From an uncultured Rivularia sp. (lineage in GTDB: Bacteria > Cyanobacteriota > Cyanobacteriia > Cyanobacteriales > Nostocaceae): a DNA stretch of 64,000 bases. The DNA lies in NCBI GenBank assembly GCA_963665115.1, contig OY762007.1, positions 160,001 through 224,000 of the forward strand, written 5' to 3'. The notes beneath the pieces were generated by a model. The model saw only the letters and a list, made by a program, of their open reading frames with translations. It was not told where the DNA came from and searched no databases. Shown piece after piece: positions 60,187 to 64,000 of this stretch. How positions within the stretch are numbered: position 1 is the first letter of the stretch; each line of letters starts with the position of its first letter. The translations under genes and the position numbers were made by a program.

Positions 60187-61899
60187 TTAGTTAAGCTCAG
60201 ATGCATTCGCAACTAAATCTTCTGGTTTCGATTTACCGTAGCCGTATGGTGCTTCTAGTACAATCGGAAGCTGTTTTTCAAAGTTTTCTACGGGTGGTGG
60301 TGAAGATACTAACCATTCCAAACCAATTGCATTCCAAGGATTATCTGATGCTTTTTTACCGTCAATCCAAGAACTAATAATGTTGAGTAAAAACGGTAAT
60401 GTAGACATTCCTAAAATAAAAGCGCCAATACTAGCAACTACATTCCAACCTAAGTATTGTGGATCGTAGGAAGCAACTCGACGGGGCATTCCTTGCAATC
60501 CTAATGGATGCATGGGAAAGAAGTTGAGGTTTGCGCCGATGAAGGTTAACCAGAAGTGCAGTTTACCCAAACCTTCGTAATACATCTTTCCTGTCATCTT
60601 GGGGAACCAGTGATAGATGGCTGCATAGATACCCATCACTACTGCACCGTAAATTACATAGTGGAAGTGCCCGACAACGAAGTAAGTATTATTGACGTGA
60701 ATGTCGATGGGAACTGAGGAAAGCATGATACCAGTGATGCCTGCAAATACAAACATTACTAATCCACCTAATGCAAACAACATTGGTGTATTTAAACGTA
60801 ATTTACCTCCCCAGACTGTTGCTACCCAGGCAAATACTTTAATTCCTGTGGGTACGGAAATTAACATTGTGGAGAACATGAATAGCATCCGCATCCAGCC
60901 GGGGGTACCGCTAGCAAACATATGGTGAACCCAAACCACGGCACTCAATGCAGTGATAATTAAGGATGAAACGGCAACGACTTTGTAACCAAATAAAGGT
61001 TTGCGAGCGTAAACGGGAAAAATTTCCGAAAAAATACCAAATATAGGTAGTATAATTACGTATACCGCAGGGTGAGAATAAAACCAGAAAAAGTGCTGGT
61101 ATAGTACCGGGTTGCCGCCTTGTACGGGGTCGAAGAAAGCAGTACCCACGGTTAAGTCAAACAGCAGCATTACAGCACCCGCAGTTAGTGCAGGCAATCC
61201 AAACAATTGGATCATCTGAGCGCTTAATACCGTCCATACATAAGCAGGCATTTTGAAAAAGCCCATTCCTGGCGCTCTCATTTTGAAAATTGTGGTAACA
61301 ATATTTACCGCACCCAAAATAGAGGAAACGCCGGATACTGCTACAGCCAACAACCATAGAAATTGTCCGTTAACCAAGTTACCCGTAGGGTTTTGGGTAC
61401 TTACAGGGGGATAAGACCACCAGCCTGCTTGTGCGGAACCACCGGGAACGAAAAAGCTGGACATAAGGATAATTCCGAATACCGGAACCATCCAGAAGGC
61501 TAGAGCATTTAGGCGAGGAAACGCCATATCTTTAGCGCCAATCTGTAAAGGTACTAGGTAGTTCGCTAAACCTGCCAATATGGGGAAAGTCCACATAAAT
61601 AGCATTAACGTTCCGTGCATCGTAAACATCGAATTGTAAACGGTGCGATCGACTAGATCGGATTCAGGGGTCATTAATTCACCCCTAATTACCATTGCTA
61701 ATACTCCACCAATTAGGAAAAATATGAAGGCCGTAACTATGTATTGGATACCAATTACTTTGTGATCGGTACTAAAAGTAAAATAGGTTTTCCAAGTTGT
61801 TGGTGGATGATGGTGATGTTCTGGTTGATGTTGAGATTGAGGTTGATGTTGATGTTGCTTTTGTACAACATCAGTGTTTTTAGATTGAGTGTTAGTCAT
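60187..61899 (-). CDS. ctaD: Heme-copper oxidase subunit I
   Basis: 'DHKVIG', 'TMHG', 'FWFYSHPAVY', 'VWVHHMF', 'VVGHFHYV', 'GMPRR'. Confidence 0.95.
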   Translation of the reverse strand: MTNTQSKNTDVVQKQHQHQPQSQHQPEHHHHPPTTWKTYFTFSTDHKVIGIQYIVTAFIFFLIGGVLAMVIRGELMTPESDLVDRTVYNSMFTMHGTLMLFMWTFPILAGLANYLVPLQIGAKDMAFPRLNALAFWMVPVFGIILMSSFFVPGGSAQAGWWSYPPVSTQNPTGNLVNGQFLWLLAVAVSGVSSILGAVNIVTTIFKMRAPGMGFFKMPAYVWTVLSAQMIQLFGLPALTAGAVMLLFDLTVGTAFFDPVQGGNPVLYQHFFWFYSHPAVYVIILPIFGIFSEIFPVYARKPLFGYKVVAVSSLIITALSAVVWVHHMFASGTPGWMRMLFMFSTMLISVPTGIKVFAWVATVWGGKLRLNTPMLFALGGLVMFVFAGITGIMLSSVPIDIHVNNTYFVVGHFHYVIYGAVVMGIYAAIYHWFPKMTGKMYYEGLGKLHFWLTFIGANLNFFPMHPLGLQGMPRRVASYDPQYLGWNVVASIGAFILGMSTLPFLLNIISSWIDGKKASDNPWNAIGLEWLVSSPPPVENFEKQLPIVLEAPYGYGKSKPEDLVANASELN

Positions 61900-62064
61900 T
61901 TCAATTTTAGATTTTGGATTTTGGATTATCCGTAAATAGTGAGTAATAACAAAACTATTGTGGGCATCCCTGCCCGTCTGAATGTACTGTAGTCAAATAA
62001 AATATGCTCAAACAATGAACAATTAATATGACTGATAATTGATAATTGGTAACTGATAACTGAT

Positions 62065-62974
62065 TTAACTGTGATAATTCACTACGGGAGGCTCTGCTGG
62101 CTTAACTGTTGCCCAATTTGTATCAATTGCCTGGTCTGATTTTCTAGTGTATTCAGACATCGCTTGATTGTATGCAGGGGAAGGTTTGCGGCTTTGAGCT
62201 TCTTTTAACCACTCACGATATTTTTCAGGGGATTCAACAATCACGTCAGCCTGCATTGCTGCGAAATAAGTACCGCTATATTGAGAATCTCTGAGTCTAT
62301 ATTTACCTTCCAGGATAGGGGTAAATTCAAAGTTGATTGTTTCGTTAGGAATAACGTCTTGCTTTACCCGAAATGCAGGAATATAAAAACCATGAATCAC
62401 ATCTTCTGATTTCAGGGTTAGATAAGCTCTTTGGTTTACAGGTAAATGTAATTGTGTACTGCTAATATTTTGCTCGGGATAATTAAAAATCCAGGCCCAC
62501 TGCTTCGATATTACCTCGATTTTTTTAGAATCTTGGGGTATTTTCGATGTTTGTGAAATTGTTTCTGCATTAGCTGATTTCATCCCCATCGACATATGCT
62601 GATGTTCCATCGGGCCCAAGAATCGACATCTGGTTGTAAATTTGGTAGCTATAAGCTCCAATCCAAATCGCTAACACAAATGGAATTGCAGTCCAGACTA
62701 CTTCCAGAGTAATATTACCCTCTACATGAGGACCATCACTAGCATCATATTTACTCGCACGATAGAAGATAATTGAATATATCAGCGCTCCCGTGACTCC
62801 TAGAAAAATAAATGCTCCTAAAGTCACCAAAAAGCTGAATAAGTCATCAAATAATAGAGATTCAGCCGCAGCCTGTGGAGGAAGCCAAGAATAAGAAAGT
62901 CTTCCTATCCCTAGACTAACAATAGCTAGGATAATTGTGCTGATAGTTAATAATATAATCTCGCGTCTTTTCAT
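62065..62974 (-). CDS. ctaC: Heme-copper oxidase subunit II lacking CuA ligands (ARTO-type); +1 frameshift at ~62614
   Basis: 'LEVVWTAIP', 'QWAWIFNY', 'SEDVIHGFYIP', and 'DSQYSGTYFAAM' in place of CxExCGxxHxxM. The two ORFs join as SILGPMEHQ. Confidence 0.88.
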
Positions 62975-63060
62975 TACTAATAATAGTTAGTTGATAGTGG
63001 TTAGTTGATAGTTGTTAATTAACAATGCCCAATGTCCCATGCCCAATCCCCAATCCCCAT

Positions 63061-63660
63061 CTACTTAAAATATGTATTAGGATCTTTTCCCATTTGAATT
63101 AGATTATCTGCGGTATTGTGTATACCAAATTCACCAGCCATATGCGCTCCTAATGTTCCGTGGAGATACATAATAAACATGATGACTAGTCCAACTAATA
63201 AATAACTAAATTGGACTTGCAAAGCTTTATCTTTACGGAATTGGAAACGTTGAAATCCTCGCCAAACAGCCATTCCAACGATAAATGCTAGCAGTGCAAC
63301 TCCTCCAACACCATGCCAAAGCATTGTTTCCATCGCTCCCAATCCCCAAGCACTTTTTACATCAGCTTGAGGTTGTGCCAGCATGATTTCATAAAAGCCT
63401 GCTGCAACTGTGAAAAAAGTAATTATGGCTGAAGCCACAATGTTATACCAGCCAACATCAAAAAAGTTGGAGCGATTAACACGAATAGATAAAAACTTGA
63501 AGAATGGTTTTTCTAAAGTGAAAAATACACCAACAATATCAAAGGTAATACCAATGATGAATAATCCTAATGTTAAATGCACTAAATTAGGATGAATTGG
63601 AATAGTATATGGTAATCCATTCGCACCTACATCTAAATAGTTAATTATTTCTGAATCCAT
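63061..63660 (-). CDS. DUF2231-family membrane protein
   Basis: 'PIHPNLVH', 'GWYN', 'HGVGG', 'HGTLGAHM..EFG'. Confidence 0.8.
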   Translation of the reverse strand: MDSEIINYLDVGANGLPYTIPIHPNLVHLTLGLFIIGITFDIVGVFFTLEKPFFKFLSIRVNRSNFFDVGWYNIVASAIITFFTVAAGFYEIMLAQPQADVKSAWGLGAMETMLWHGVGGVALLAFIVGMAVWRGFQRFQFRKDKALQVQFSYLLVGLVIMFIMYLHGTLGAHMAGEFGIHNTADNLIQMGKDPNTYFK

Positions 63661-64000
63661 TATAAAGCCCCCTCTTTTACAGCTTCAACAACTTGACTTG
63701 TATGCAATCCATACACCCAAACTAGTTTGTCTCCAAGATACACTTGAAAACATAGCAGAATTGTTAAAAGCAATCCTATTCCTAAATAAGTAAATGGTAT
63801 TTTCTTGGGGTAACGGATACGAATCACATAACGCCATCCCGTCATTGCAGCAATAAATCCTGAAAGTGACCAGCCTATTAAGGTATGCAAATTAAGTGTT
63901 GGTTCTACCGCATCATAAGCTTGTGCCAAACCTGCTTCGATTTGACCAAAAACAACTGCGACGAAAACAGAAATTGTAGCGAAAAACATATTCCACCAAC
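63660..64000 (-). CDS. DUF2231-family membrane protein (5' end outside the window)
   Basis: Frame open to the window edge (VGGICF in another frame; GWNMFFAT.. in this one); 'LH..IGW', 'LGDKLVWVYGLH'. Confidence 0.7.
   Translation of the reverse strand, partial: WWNMFFATISVFVAVVFGQIEAGLAQAYDAVEPTLNLHTLIGWSLSGFIAAMTGWRYVIRIRYPKKIPFTYLGIGLLLTILLCFQVYLGDKLVWVYGLHTSQVVEAVKEGAL

Noticed and set aside
6068..63595. Numerous 60-140 aa ORFs antisense to or overlapping long genes (e.g. 8848..9195, 14162..14581, 52264..52653, 58784..59164)
   Set aside because: They are shadow ORFs of well-supported genes, with no motifs or RBS evidence.

Overview
AT-rich chromosomal window from a filamentous, probably heterocystous cyanobacterium (Nostocales/Rivularia-like). 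This is inferred from frequent HIP1 octamers (GCGATCGC), heptameric STRR-type repeats and many GTAG-type REP/MITE-like palindromes. Most genes are housekeeping: ubiD, putA, ctpA-like protease, aroE, glsA, rluA, a bicA-nhaS Ci-uptake cluster, an ARTO-type ctaCDE oxidase, two GHL10 paralogues and MazEF and RelBE-type TA pairs. The most striking feature is unannotated: about 800 bp of apparently intergenic DNA (42.6-43.4 kb, minus strand) holds a promoter with an operator-like palindrome, a small structured RNA, two tandem non-canonical tRNA-like genes (CUA/amber and CAU anticodons) and a ~480-nt highly structured RNA. All lie directly upstream of a repeat-expanded SPFH/band-7 (slipin) gene, making a candidate ncRNA-SPFH ribonucleoprotein or translation-stress module. 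Four genes carry +1 frameshifts exactly at GGCC sites, which suggests methylation-linked sequencing errors rather than real pseudogenes. Other points of interest are an HTH-TPR regulator facing small membrane-peptide genes, an orphan EgtD-like methyltransferase pair, probable pseudo-enzymes (kinase, S41 protease), two gene remnants missing from the ORF track, and nested tiny mobile repeats.
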